This document shows positions 52,703 through 62,261 of a stretch of 64,000 bases of DNA, piece by piece. This stretch comes from a virus (Duplodnaviria > Caudoviricetes), in IMG/VR virus record IMGVR_UViG_3300005719_000009, positions 1 through 64,000 of that record. One strand, 5' to 3'. A model generated the notes under the pieces. That model worked only from the letters and a program-made list of their open reading frames with translations, had not been told where the DNA came from and ran no database searches. The position numbers and the translations under genes are program-made. Positions within the stretch are counted from its first letter, which is position 1. Every line of letters begins with the position of its first letter.

Positions 52703-55207
52703 CTACTGTGCCATTTCTTGTTGCTGCATTTGTTGCATAACCTGTTGCTGTTGTTCGGGTGGCATTTGTGCTAATTGTTGCTGCATCTGCGCCTGTTGTT
52801 GCTTTTCTTGTTCTTCTTCAATCAGGGCTTCCTCCATTTCCTGATTCTCTTTGGCAAGAGGTATTGTTATATTAGGAACCAATTGCTGAATAGCAGGCAA
52901 GAACATTTTTATCATTTGACCACTTTCGTCTTTAGCTGCACTTGCTAACACGCCTTTAAGCAATTCCAGTTCTTTTTGCTTAGACACCCTGAAATCCTCC
53001 ATGTCCTTTTCGGCAGATAATTTTTCAGCCTGCAATTGCTTATCCGAATCTGCTTTCATTTGCAAACTTTGCTGCTGAATCTGGGCGTTTTGCTGCTGCA
53101 ACTTTTGACTATCCTCAATCGCTTTTCTGCGATTGCTTTCATATGTAGTGGTTAAATACCAATTAGCCAGCTTGTAATTATATTCATCCATTATCTCACG
53201 AATCATCAAAGCATCCTTCAGTGTAATTGAAGGGTTGCCTTGCGCATCTGGCATTTGACTGAACCGATCAATATCCCGCTCTAATCGTTGTCTCTCATAC
53301 TCAGTAGACTTGGTTTTAACTTTTAAATCAAATCTGGTATTAATCATGTCATTTTCAGACTCAGGTTCTTCCTTCACAATATCATTCCATTTCAAAAGAC
53401 ATAACTTATAAAATGTTTCTTCCCAAAGCTGATTATTTGCGTTTAATATAAAATCTGTTACGTTAAATGAGCTTTCGTTTTGCCCTTCAGCAAGTTTGGC
53501 AGGCGTTCTATCGCCAACGTCGCTACCATCTCTGTATTGTGGCACACCCCAAAGTTGCCTAAGCTCCATTATTTGACCGGCCAAGACATTTGTTAGCCCA
53601 ATAATCTTGTCAATACTTTCGTCACGAACCGTATTGCTAAGTGGCGGCGTTTCCCGCTGCAAAGGATCGACTCCTTTACTACTCCACAATTCATTCCCGG
53701 TTTGATCATATATGCGAACAACTTCTTCCCACTCAATCGTATCCCCATTGCCAAAGTCTAAATTACGAGCGCTTTCAACGTCAATGCGTATCCCAGATGG
53801 CTTTACCTTTGCAACAAGTTGCTTTCTTTTTAATTTAGTTGTTTGATATTCCCGCAGTACTTCCATGCCGCGCTCAAACAACCCCGGAACGTATTCACCA
53901 TCATTGTTTGGGATATTAACAGTGTACGAAGACAGCGGCTTTGATACCTTTGTATATGGTGTAATTATTATATCGGGTTGGCCCCAATACAGCATTTTAT
54001 CTCCGTAAGGAGCATATATGCCCCTCATCCATGTATTCTTCTGCCTCTTTAAAATCTCTACATTATCCGGCTTCGGCTGCTCAATAGTTTGACCATCCTT
54101 TGTGGTCTGCTGATAAGGGATTGATTTTTTCTGGGTTATATTTGTCTTCCCGTAGGCATCTGTTTTTTCAACATAATAAACATCTTCCCCACAATTTATT
54201 TCGCAGTCGAATACAAGTATTGAGCAATCGTCATAAGGTCTGCTTTGATTGTATGTAGTGAACGCGTAATTATCATTCCACATGTAATTAAATGTGCCAA
54301 TATTCTTATTTGTTGACAGCTTTGCAAGCTCGTATATTTCCTTCTCTGTTAGGCCATTTGGATTCTCGGGAGATTTACCCAATCTATATCTCGCATCCTT
54401 TACTTTTAAATTATAGAACTCTCCTATTTTTGCTATTTCATGCTCCCCGCTATCGTTAAGAAAAAAGTCATACACCATATTTGTTGGAATACATTTCCTA
54501 ACAGTGTATTCTTTTGGCGCACATCGTTCAATTTTTGTACACCCGAAGTTGAGTACCGTTAAGTCGAATAACGTTTTCCTGTTAAGTATGCGTTCGAACT
54601 TAATATCATTTTGAACTTTATTAAGAAATTTTTCAAACTTTATTTCTTTTGGCAATCTGTCTTCCAATTCAAAATGCACTTTAGCAGACATTTCATCATC
54701 CGGAACATACGCGTTTGGCGGCTCTAAAATAAGACCGGTGGCTTCCTGAGCCTGATTGATATTATCAACATCATGCATCCGGTATAATGCCTCAAACACT
54801 CGTTGCTCTTTTTCGGTCATAGACCCATCATCAATAGCCGTAACGCATGGATAAGTTTTATTCTTGGCCATGCTTTCTATTAAAGTCCCCATGAACTGGG
54901 CCGCAATCCTGCTCTGGGTATAATCGATATTAATATATGATTTGTTTGCGTCGGATACATTTATGTAGTCAAGAAATTCATTCATTTTTTGACTACCCTT
55001 GCACCAAAGAAGCAGTTCAATCCACCGGGCGTTACGCATCTTGAAATAGTTAAGACTCGTATCATCCGATGTTTGCTGTGAGTGAAAAGCTTTAACAATT
55101 AGCTTTCCTTTTTCCTTATTTCTTTTTTCTTCCGGGGATAAAAAAAACCTACCTAAGAGCGGATCGGTGAACTGGGGATTGGACGTGTCATTATATATAT
55201 CGGGCAT
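52703..55207 (-). CDS. Portal protein
   Basis: 834 aa with Q-rich C-terminal coil; adjacent to terL. Confidence 0.8.
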   Translation of the reverse strand: MPDIYNDTSNPQFTDPLLGRFFLSPEEKRNKEKGKLIVKAFHSQQTSDDTSLNYFKMRNARWIELLLWCKGSQKMNEFLDYINVSDANKSYINIDYTQSRIAAQFMGTLIESMAKNKTYPCVTAIDDGSMTEKEQRVFEALYRMHDVDNINQAQEATGLILEPPNAYVPDDEMSAKVHFELEDRLPKEIKFEKFLNKVQNDIKFERILNRKTLFDLTVLNFGCTKIERCAPKEYTVRKCIPTNMVYDFFLNDSGEHEIAKIGEFYNLKVKDARYRLGKSPENPNGLTEKEIYELAKLSTNKNIGTFNYMWNDNYAFTTYNQSRPYDDCSILVFDCEINCGEDVYYVEKTDAYGKTNITQKKSIPYQQTTKDGQTIEQPKPDNVEILKRQKNTWMRGIYAPYGDKMLYWGQPDIIITPYTKVSKPLSSYTVNIPNNDGEYVPGLFERGMEVLREYQTTKLKRKQLVAKVKPSGIRIDVESARNLDFGNGDTIEWEEVVRIYDQTGNELWSSKGVDPLQRETPPLSNTVRDESIDKIIGLTNVLAGQIMELRQLWGVPQYRDGSDVGDRTPAKLAEGQNESSFNVTDFILNANNQLWEETFYKLCLLKWNDIVKEEPESENDMINTRFDLKVKTKSTEYERQRLERDIDRFSQMPDAQGNPSITLKDALMIREIMDEYNYKLANWYLTTTYESNRRKAIEDSQKLQQQNAQIQQQSLQMKADSDKQLQAEKLSAEKDMEDFRVSKQKELELLKGVLASAAKDESGQMIKMFLPAIQQLVPNITIPLAKENQEMEEALIEEEQEKQQQAQMQQQLAQMPPEQQQQVMQQMQQQEMAQ

Positions 55208-55245
55208 TTTTGCTGAAATTTAATTAAAATTAGTTAAATTTCTAA

Positions 55246-55785
55246 TTAAATCATCCCCACTACCATGTCCTCATGAACTTTGGTTACCCTTTTCTCTATA
55301 CCATTCCAGTTATACACAATGTCGTAGGCCGCGTTTGGGCGATGGAAAATTAGCTGTTCAAATTGATATGGCGCTCGGCCAGCATTAATTACTTTTACCC
55401 GGTTTATATGCGTTTTCATTTGCTCTACCGGGATCGGTATTTCGTATTCTATGGGAACTCGCCTGCAAATTATATTCCCACACATAGGCTTTATGTTGCC
55501 AAATGTATCCAAAACACCGAACAGGGTTTTATTAAACGGCACACTGTAAAGGTCATCCATAAGGTAGTATGGAGATGGAGGATAGAAGTGATTATGATGA
55601 AAAATCGCAATGTCCCCCTCCTTGATATACGTGTTGCCTTGCACTATAACGCCAACTACCGGGCTTTTTTCCCGGTAGTTGTGTTCAAAAGGAAGGGCTG
55701 TTCTTACTGTTATACCTCCGATTGATATGCGATCCTTCTGCTTCATATCAACCCGAACAATTATCTTGTTATTTACTGGTTTCAT
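55246..55785 (-). CDS. Tandem two-domain GroES-like co-chaperonin
   Basis: Two KP..N.I..R ... G..IF ... repeats (MKPVNNKIIVR and IKPMCGNIICR). Confidence 0.6.
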   Translation of the reverse strand: MKPVNNKIIVRVDMKQKDRISIGGITVRTALPFEHNYREKSPVVGVIVQGNTYIKEGDIAIFHHNHFYPPSPYYLMDDLYSVPFNKTLFGVLDTFGNIKPMCGNIICRRVPIEYEIPIPVEQMKTHINRVKVINAGRAPYQFEQLIFHRPNAAYDIVYNWNGIEKRVTKVHEDMVVGMI

Positions 55786-56080
55786 ATACGATACCGATTA
55801 TTTCTTCGCCTTGTAAGACTAAATATGTTTGACCTTCGTACTCTATTTCAAAACCGCACCCTTTATGAAATAGCGCTTTCTTGCCTTTCCCATTCTTTAT
55901 ATTATGGTCTTTCACCAAAGACCCGATACTGAATATCGTTCCCTTGTTAGGCTTAACCTTCCCTTCAGATGGGAGCAATAAACCAGATGTTTCTGATTCT
56001 GTCTTGTCCCTAAGTACAAAAACGCAATTATTTGTTGCTTTTGGTTGATTGTTCATATTATACAGATTACATTGTGTCAC
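55769..56080 (-). CDS. groES: Co-chaperonin GroES
   Basis: V.V.R...E.ETSGLLLP...G.I.SIG...YEG..YLVL..EEIIGIV. Confidence 0.8.
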   Translation of the reverse strand: MTQCNLYNMNNQPKATNNCVFVLRDKTESETSGLLLPSEGKVKPNKGTIFSIGSLVKDHNIKNGKGKKALFHKGCGFEIEYEGQTYLVLQGEEIIGIVYETSK

Positions 56081-57629
56081 AAATAAGGCATTCGGAGGTA
56101 AGGATCATCCCAGCAGATGAGGCTGCATTCTGTAAAGCGCACCTAAGCACCTTGGTTGGGTCGATTACACCAGCCTCAACCAAATCCTCAATAACATCTG
56201 TCTTTGCATTATATCCGAAACTTCCGGCCAACCCTTTAACTTGTTTTAATATTTGCTCTGCATCTGTTCCGGCATTAAGGCAAATTTGCTTAAGAACCAT
56301 TTCCATTGCAGAATCAACAACTTCATTCCCAGATTTAACCCTTAACAATGTTGTTCCGCCGCCTGCCACATACCCTTCAGAAATGGCTGCTTTGGTGGCC
56401 CTTACTGAATCATCAAACCGATCTAATCTTTCTTTCATTTCGGTTTCCGTAGCAGCGCCAACCTGAATAACAGCAACGCCCCCAGTTAATTTTGCTATTC
56501 GCTTTTCAATTGGAAATTTTTCGTCTTCGTTTTTAGCTTGTGCTAAATTCATACGCAATTCATCCAGCAAATTTTGAAGCAAATCCTTATCTGTATCGCC
56601 GCCAATTATAACAGTTTCTTCTTTGTTAACGATAACCTTTTTCGCGAAACCTAAATTAGCTGGCTCTATTTCTTTTATATTGACACCACGCAAATCGCTA
56701 ACATAGGAGCCCCCTGTTAATAATGCAATATCTTCCATTTCCAAGCGTCTCGCCTCGCCAAAAGCAGGAGCCTTAACAACACAAACCCGTACCCGACCCT
56801 GAATAGTATTCATGGCCAAAAAAGCAAGACCCTCATCAACAGCATCTTCGCATATTATCAACAACGGATGCCCTTGTTTCATTGATATTTCAAGCGCTCT
56901 TTGAATTTGAGTATGATGATTTATCCTGTTTTGGTAAATCAAAATCAATGCTTCCTCAAACTCGCATATTTGCTTTTCCTTGTTGTTTACAAATAAAGGA
57001 GAAACCCAACTCTGCTCCCACTTATACCCATCAGAGATTTTTATTTCAGTGTCAACACTTTTACTTGGCTCCAAATCAATTATACCCTCATCCCCGATCT
57101 TTTCAAACGCCTTCGCAATCCACTCCCCGATTTCCGGGTCATTATTGGCTGAAATGGTGGCTATTTGTCGAATACGATTTATATCCCCCTTTATTGGCGT
57201 GGAAACATCTTTTAGCCTATCAACAACAAGCCCAACAGCTTTGTCAATTTCTTTTTTCAATTCCATTGGATTAGCTCCTTGATTTATCAAGGCGATACCC
57301 TTTTCAGCAATCGCCTCGGCTAAAACAACGGTAGTCGTCGTCCCATCACCGGCCTGATCAACTGATTTCTGGGATGCTTCCTTTATCATTAAAACTCCCG
57401 CTTGCTCAAATGGATCATCATGCACTTCAAATGCCTTGGCAGTAGTATACCCATCTTTGGTAACGTGTATTGGTAAGTTATGTACCCCATAATCAACAAC
57501 CATGCTTTGTGATATTAATACATTTCTGCCCATTGGTCCTAATGTAACCTTCACAGCAGCCGCGATCTTCTTAATGCCAGATAGCAATTTTGCACGAGCA
57601 TCAGGCCCGTACAACGTCTTTTTGTTCAT
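56067..57629 (-). CDS. groEL: Chaperonin GroEL (no GGM tail)
   Basis: TLGP.GRNV; TKDG; AGDGTTT; KAPAFG; KLTGGVAVI.VGA.TE; GVIDPTKV.R.ALQNAAS. Confidence 0.97.
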   Translation of the reverse strand: MNKKTLYGPDARAKLLSGIKKIAAAVKVTLGPMGRNVLISQSMVVDYGVHNLPIHVTKDGYTTAKAFEVHDDPFEQAGVLMIKEASQKSVDQAGDGTTTTVVLAEAIAEKGIALINQGANPMELKKEIDKAVGLVVDRLKDVSTPIKGDINRIRQIATISANNDPEIGEWIAKAFEKIGDEGIIDLEPSKSVDTEIKISDGYKWEQSWVSPLFVNNKEKQICEFEEALILIYQNRINHHTQIQRALEISMKQGHPLLIICEDAVDEGLAFLAMNTIQGRVRVCVVKAPAFGEARRLEMEDIALLTGGSYVSDLRGVNIKEIEPANLGFAKKVIVNKEETVIIGGDTDKDLLQNLLDELRMNLAQAKNEDEKFPIEKRIAKLTGGVAVIQVGAATETEMKERLDRFDDSVRATKAAISEGYVAGGGTTLLRVKSGNEVVDSAMEMVLKQICLNAGTDAEQILKQVKGLAGSFGYNAKTDVIEDLVEAGVIDPTKVLRCALQNAASSAGMILTSECLICDTM

Positions 57630-57778
57630 ATTGTTTTTTTAAAAAATTGATTGATAATAAATCTTACCGCAGCCCGAATAGACATGCCATTATCATCTGC
57701 GTAGAGTTTTAGTTTTTCGTATATCCACCAATTGAGGGATATGCCGAATTTCTTGTGGGTACTATTCTTATCTGCCAT
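57626..57778 (-). CDS. Ribbon-helix-helix repressor, 50 aa, coupled to groEL (not in ORF track)
   Basis: MADKNSTHKKFGISLNWWIYEKLKLYADDNGMSIRAAVRFIINQFFKKTI; ATGA overlap with groEL. Confidence 0.75.
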   Translation of the reverse strand: MADKNSTHKKFGISLNWWIYEKLKLYADDNGMSIRAAVRFIINQFFKKTI

Positions 57779-57779
57779 T

Positions 57780-57850
57780 GATACCTATTTGGTATCCAAA
57801 GATATTTGAAATCTTAATTATACACAAAAACTGATAGAATTTTACTATCA
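57780..57850. promoter_or_regulatory. Leftward promoter flanked by two GATA-N9-TATC palindromes
   Basis: Minus strand TTTG(57828-25)-N20-TAtcTTTG(57804-797); GATACC-N5-GGTATC at 57780; TGATAG-N7-CTATCA at 57832. Confidence 0.7.
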
Positions 57851-57881
57851 ACATTAGATAACTTTTTAATATATACCTAAA

Positions 57882-58145
57882 ATGGCAAGTAATGTAACCG
57901 CGTTGTTGAACGTGTACCAAATGGATCAATCAGTAATGGATCGTAATGCTCCTAAGAAATTCGCATTCCCAACACAAGGATGCCTGCTTAGTGATTGTTC
58001 CGATTCACCTGCTCGAAGTTTAAGTTCTGGTTATAACGTTTATTCGTTAATAACCGTTCCTTCCAGTGCTGCCGCCAATTCTACCGGGCACCTTTATTAT
58101 GTGGCTGAAACATTGGCCCAATTGGTTACCATCTTCAACGCTTAA
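57882..58145 (+). CDS. Divergent small protein, possibly a virion decoration protein
   Basis: C-terminal YYVAETLAQLV..FNA; has its own terminator. Confidence 0.65.
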   Translation: MASNVTALLNVYQMDQSVMDRNAPKKFAFPTQGCLLSDCSDSPARSLSSGYNVYSLITVPSSAAANSTGHLYYVAETLAQLVTIFNA

Positions 58146-58149
58146 AATT

Positions 58150-58178
58150 AAAAACCGCTCTACTGGGCGGTTTTTTTT
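58150..58178. terminator. Bidirectional intrinsic terminator
   Basis: A5-CCGC-N8-GCGG-T8. Confidence 0.75.
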
Positions 58179-59014
58179 ATTCTTTCCCTAACCTTTTCAT
58201 AGTACTGTTTCGATGTTCCATTTAATTCATGGAAGTAACTCTCTAATCCCTCCTGTGCAAAAAAATCATACGCCTTTTCACCAATAGGAATACAGTTAGG
58301 AGCAGCCCCGCACAATTCTAATATTCTGGGAACCTTTTGCCCTTCCGATAATTGAAATGCCTGCGTTTGGTTTGTAATATGAAACTTGCACTGCTTAATA
58401 GCCTGTGCAAGCTCTAAAAAGTTATTAACATTCAGCTTCCTTATGTTCAGATCATGGGTCATGGTGAACACATTGTATTCGCGCATTGTGCCACAAAACA
58501 ACAAATCGTCTTCATAAGGCTTCAGGAATGAATAGTTGATGTTGTGGTTCAAATACCGCTCTGACCGGGTAATGAGGATTTTACCTTTTGCGAAATCTTT
58601 TTCAGCATCAGGTACATTTAACCATACGCCTGAAAGATCACATGCCATGTCTGGATATACGTAGAAATACCACCGGTTAATCGAAAAAGAAGGCATACCC
58701 ACGTATGTATCTCTGAATGCCCCTAATGGCACTTCAATTTCCTCGCCATCCCATGTTTTAACATCGGCTATACAAGGCTGTTCCATTAGCAGGGGGATCA
58801 TCATATCGATCATTTTTTGATTTAGCATGACCTGCTTACCGTCTTCTGATTTTGTCGGATGCACGGCCCCTTCGTAATATAACGCTGGTATATCCTTGAC
58901 TAAATAAAGAATTATCCTCCTTTTTGTCTTTCTATAAAACTCATTCATTGCTGGTATACTCGCGTGTACGTCACCGATATTTCCCGTGTGGGAGAATGTG
59001 GCTAATTTTTCCAT
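58160..59014 (-). CDS. Glycosyltransferase-like protein (GT-B / GT9-like)
   Basis: H.G.IGD..A.IPA at the N-terminus; L.ELAQAIK.CKF.I.NQ. Confidence 0.55.
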   Translation of the reverse strand: MEKLATFSHTGNIGDVHASIPAMNEFYRKTKRRIILYLVKDIPALYYEGAVHPTKSEDGKQVMLNQKMIDMMIPLLMEQPCIADVKTWDGEEIEVPLGAFRDTYVGMPSFSINRWYFYVYPDMACDLSGVWLNVPDAEKDFAKGKILITRSERYLNHNINYSFLKPYEDDLLFCGTMREYNVFTMTHDLNIRKLNVNNFLELAQAIKQCKFHITNQTQAFQLSEGQKVPRILELCGAAPNCIPIGEKAYDFFAQEGLESYFHELNGTSKQYYEKVRERIKKTAQ

Positions 59015-59637
59015 TTCTTATTTTGCTTTATTTTTTTAATATGTGAAATGCTTACTTTGTATCTTTCTGAAAGTGCCTTATCCGATTCTAATGATGCTCT
59101 TATGTTGTATGCTTGTTGTATCGATAACTTAGTGCTGCTCCTGTTTTGATTATTAACAGAGGCGGTAACAAATGAACATCTTTCAGGAGAGTATAAGTCG
59201 GGCGTTACCCCTAACTGATTAGCTTTAATGTCTTTATCCAATTGAAGTCCTTCCTTCCAGCCGTTTTCTATAGCCCAATTAAAAAACGAAACAAAGTTTT
59301 TATCCCATATATCACAAACACGAACTCCTTTGTCTACGTAATTTTTATGTGATGCATGATTTTTGCTCCTGCATCTTGCCTTCATGCCCTTCCAGACATC
59401 GTACAAGGGATGTTCCCTGTACTCGAAAGTAGTTCTTGGCGTTCTATTACAACCGCAACTTTTCCAATGCCCCCTATTCAACTCATAGCCAACAACTATC
59501 TTTTCATTCCCACAATCGCATAAACAAAGAAACCTTGTTGCCTTGTTATTTGATGGCATCTTTTCTTTTACTAAAAGCATTCCGAATCTTTGGCCGATCA
59601 GGTCAAGTCTTTTGGGGCCTCCCTTATTCACCATCAC
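59002..59637 (-). CDS. HNH-type homing endonuclease
   Basis: GQRFG.L.V; CLCDCG; SCGC; W..MK.RC; LDKD..; YSPE.C..V....N..N. Confidence 0.8.
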   Translation of the reverse strand: MMVNKGGPKRLDLIGQRFGMLLVKEKMPSNNKATRFLCLCDCGNEKIVVGYELNRGHWKSCGCNRTPRTTFEYREHPLYDVWKGMKARCRSKNHASHKNYVDKGVRVCDIWDKNFVSFFNWAIENGWKEGLQLDKDIKANQLGVTPDLYSPERCSFVTASVNNQNRSSTKLSIQQAYNIRASLESDKALSERYKVSISHIKKIKQNKKWKN

Positions 59638-59870
59638 TGAATATCTTTAATCAGCCACAAATATATTTCTTCTGCGTTTTCCAATAACGTACTTGTTACA
59701 TGAGCCTGACCGGTGCTTTGGGCGTACTGAACAGCTAATTTTCTACAGGCAATTTTTTCTATATTAACCCATAATTCGTGTTGTGCTTTTTGGTTGCTTT
59801 TTGAAATTTCTTCTGGTGTCATATTTTTATTTTTTGATGTTCTTAATTTCCGTTGCCGTCTTTGAAACAC
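59634..59870 (-). CDS. Hypothetical protein
   Basis: Packed ORF. Confidence 0.55.
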   Translation of the reverse strand: MFQRRQRKLRTSKNKNMTPEEISKSNQKAQHELWVNIEKIACRKLAVQYAQSTGQAHVTSTLLENAEEIYLWLIKDIQ

Positions 59871-60106
59871 TCATATAATTTAGGATTTTCTGTTTTGTCT
59901 TTTTTTAATAATTCATATTCATCTGTCCAATTAATATTACCATACTTTTCAATCAGCTTAGGCATATAATCTGGCACAATAAAATTCATGTTCTGAAGTA
60001 GATTCCTTGTGTTTGGTACTCCCGGTGGCTTTACCTGAAGCTGAGTAATAATATCTGGTGCCACCACAATCATAACTATTTGCCTCAAAAAACTACCTCT
60101 ATTCAT
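59843..60106 (-). CDS. 87-aa protein with an MCP N-terminal motif copy and a Tat-like N-terminus
   Basis: NMNFIVPDYMPKLIEKYGN versus MCP DLNFVIPDYIPGLIAKYGN. Confidence 0.7.
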   Translation of the reverse strand: MNRGSFLRQIVMIVVAPDIITQLQVKPPGVPNTRNLLQNMNFIVPDYMPKLIEKYGNINWTDEYELLKKDKTENPKLYECFKDGNGN

Positions 60107-61140
60107 GCTGGTATTTTTTGATGATTAGGTAATGTTTCGTAAAGTTGTTCCGGGATGGTTTGCTTTATTTTAGCAACATCCGAATCATTAAGCTGCGTAT
60201 CGTGATATGCAGATATTGCCCATAAATGCGTTAACCCATTCTCCATAATCGTTCTTTCCTGTTGTTGTCTTTCTTTTCCCGGCAACCATCTAACCTCTGT
60301 TGGGATATTATAAATCTTTTTATTATTTGCCAATAACCAATAGTTAAACCATTGGCCCGGTTCGTACCCAATTCTGTATATTATTTTTGCCCGATTATCC
60401 AATAGTAAATTCGGAACATCATCAGAGTATGTTCGTTGCCCATATGTTCTTACTGATTCCTGTAATCTTCCCATGCCGTTATGCATAGGCCCGACAACAG
60501 GCATGTAGTGAGTAGCCTTTTGCTCTGCCTTCTGCGGGAAATATGGTTTATATCCTTCAGACAACTCAATATAATCTTCCGGGCAAATCAAAAAGTTATT
60601 GACTATGCTTTTATGAACCATAATATGGCAAGCAAAAGACTCCTTCATAGCCATATTCGGGAAATAAAAATACTCTATATTTTTGCAATACAAAGCTGCT
60701 TCAAGCCATGCGCCTCTTCTGTATAATGCACCTGCCGGATGCATATAAGCGCCACCAGATAATTCAAGGTGAGAACCAGCAGCATCACAACCAGAGTCTA
60801 TGAATTGCAAATAATAATCCAGCCAACCTTCCTTAGTTGGGAAGCTATCGCTCTCCATGCATATAACCCATTCATTGGAGGCCATTTCAAATAGCACATC
60901 ATACCCTATGCCATGTGATTGCAGCTTATCTTTAGGATACGGGAACACGGTTATTTGATCTTTGAATGGTTCAAGATATTTTATACTCCCATCATCTGCG
61001 TTGTTGTCGCATATGAGTATTTCAATGTCATGATCGCCTTTATACTTTAATATTTGCGCAACAGTATAGGCTGTCATTTTGCCTGTCTTCCAGTGGCATA
61101 AAATTATGCTAAACTTCATTTTATGTTTATTTTTTTTCAA
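60103..61140 (-). CDS. Glycosyltransferase family 2 (GT-A)
   Basis: FSII.C....; EILICDN..DDGS; ESD (DxD-like). Confidence 0.8.
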   Translation of the reverse strand: MKKNKHKMKFSIILCHWKTGKMTAYTVAQILKYKGDHDIEILICDNNADDGSIKYLEPFKDQITVFPYPKDKLQSHGIGYDVLFEMASNEWVICMESDSFPTKEGWLDYYLQFIDSGCDAAGSHLELSGGAYMHPAGALYRRGAWLEAALYCKNIEYFYFPNMAMKESFACHIMVHKSIVNNFLICPEDYIELSEGYKPYFPQKAEQKATHYMPVVGPMHNGMGRLQESVRTYGQRTYSDDVPNLLLDNRAKIIYRIGYEPGQWFNYWLLANNKKIYNIPTEVRWLPGKERQQQERTIMENGLTHLWAISAYHDTQLNDSDVAKIKQTIPEQLYETLPNHQKIPA

Positions 61141-61438
61141 CTACCCATTTGTACCCGTCATAATCAAATGTAATAGCAGTTACATCTGGCCATGAAACAA
61201 CCTTATACGTGTTTAACGATTCAGCATATTTAACAAACTCTTCATATTCTATGCCTGTAAGATACAATCTCGACATGAATGAGGCCGGAGCGCCAGCATA
61301 GTCCAATATTCTCGCATACGCTTTCAATAAACCAGAGCAACTAATTTCACCAGTAAATGAATTATCTGTGTATAAATCATTGCTTTTAAAGAATGCCAAC
61401 AATCTTCTGCAATTTTCAATAATTGTCTCTCTGGTCAT
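61127..61438 (-). CDS. Hypothetical protein
   Basis: Packed ORF. Confidence 0.55.
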   Translation of the reverse strand: MTRETIIENCRRLLAFFKSNDLYTDNSFTGEISCSGLLKAYARILDYAGAPASFMSRLYLTGIEYEEFVKYAESLNTYKVVSWPDVTAITFDYDGYKWVVEKK

Positions 61439-61439
61439 T

Positions 61440-62261
61440 TTAATTTTTTTTGCCTAAAAAAAGAGGGTTCCCTTGATACTCAATTCCAATATTGCTTTCA
61501 AATCTTTGTTTTTCAAATTCGTTATTTGAATAAATGTCTTTTAGATACATATTCTTATCTCGTCTCTCAAACGCAGCATATCTATCCCCTTTTTTAAGCA
61601 AGCGTTCCTTCATGCTGTTATAGTTTTCAGTTGCGAATTTTACCCACCCCGGATCGGTACCCCCTAAGTTATCTATATCATCTACAATAGACATGTAATT
61701 TTTAAAATACACAATCTCCTTTACATCGTTAAAAACTTGCGCTTTAAATGAATTATCCATGTCTTTTTCCAAATCTGCCATACGAAACGCCGCCTTATGG
61801 TATGGCCTAAAATCGCTGTACCCTATAGGTACCAAAGATTCATGTATTCTGCCTGACCATTTCAATTCGTGTCTGTTATAGAATCTAAACCATCTATGCG
61901 GATCGGTAGCGTGATCAAAGTAATAACAATTGTAATCAGGGCATACAATATTCAAAATGCCATTATCTTTTTCAATAATTTCACTTGTATTCAAATACAG
62001 GATAGTACTATTAAATGCCCACCCTGCCAAAATATTAAGTATTGAGCTAAACCCGTTATGGAAGATATAGTCGAATGGAACTGGTATTATTTTCAAGTTG
62101 AATATGTGACGATAAGATTGCAATATCTCTCTATCTTCATCAAAAAGAAGCATATCGCCATATACTATTTCGTCGCATATTGTTGACAATGATTCGAATG
62201 TTTTCCTTAGAACCTTAACATTGCCACATCCCATCGTAATTCCAGTAATACCTGTTTTCAT
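61440..62261 (-). CDS. GT2-like glycosyltransferase
   Basis: L.K..ES...ICDEIV..D; R.Y......W.G.IHE.L. Confidence 0.65.
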   Translation of the reverse strand: MKTGITGITMGCGNVKVLRKTFESLSTICDEIVYGDMLLFDEDREILQSYRHIFNLKIIPVPFDYIFHNGFSSILNILAGWAFNSTILYLNTSEIIEKDNGILNIVCPDYNCYYFDHATDPHRWFRFYNRHELKWSGRIHESLVPIGYSDFRPYHKAAFRMADLEKDMDNSFKAQVFNDVKEIVYFKNYMSIVDDIDNLGGTDPGWVKFATENYNSMKERLLKKGDRYAAFERRDKNMYLKDIYSNNEFEKQRFESNIGIEYQGNPLFLGKKN

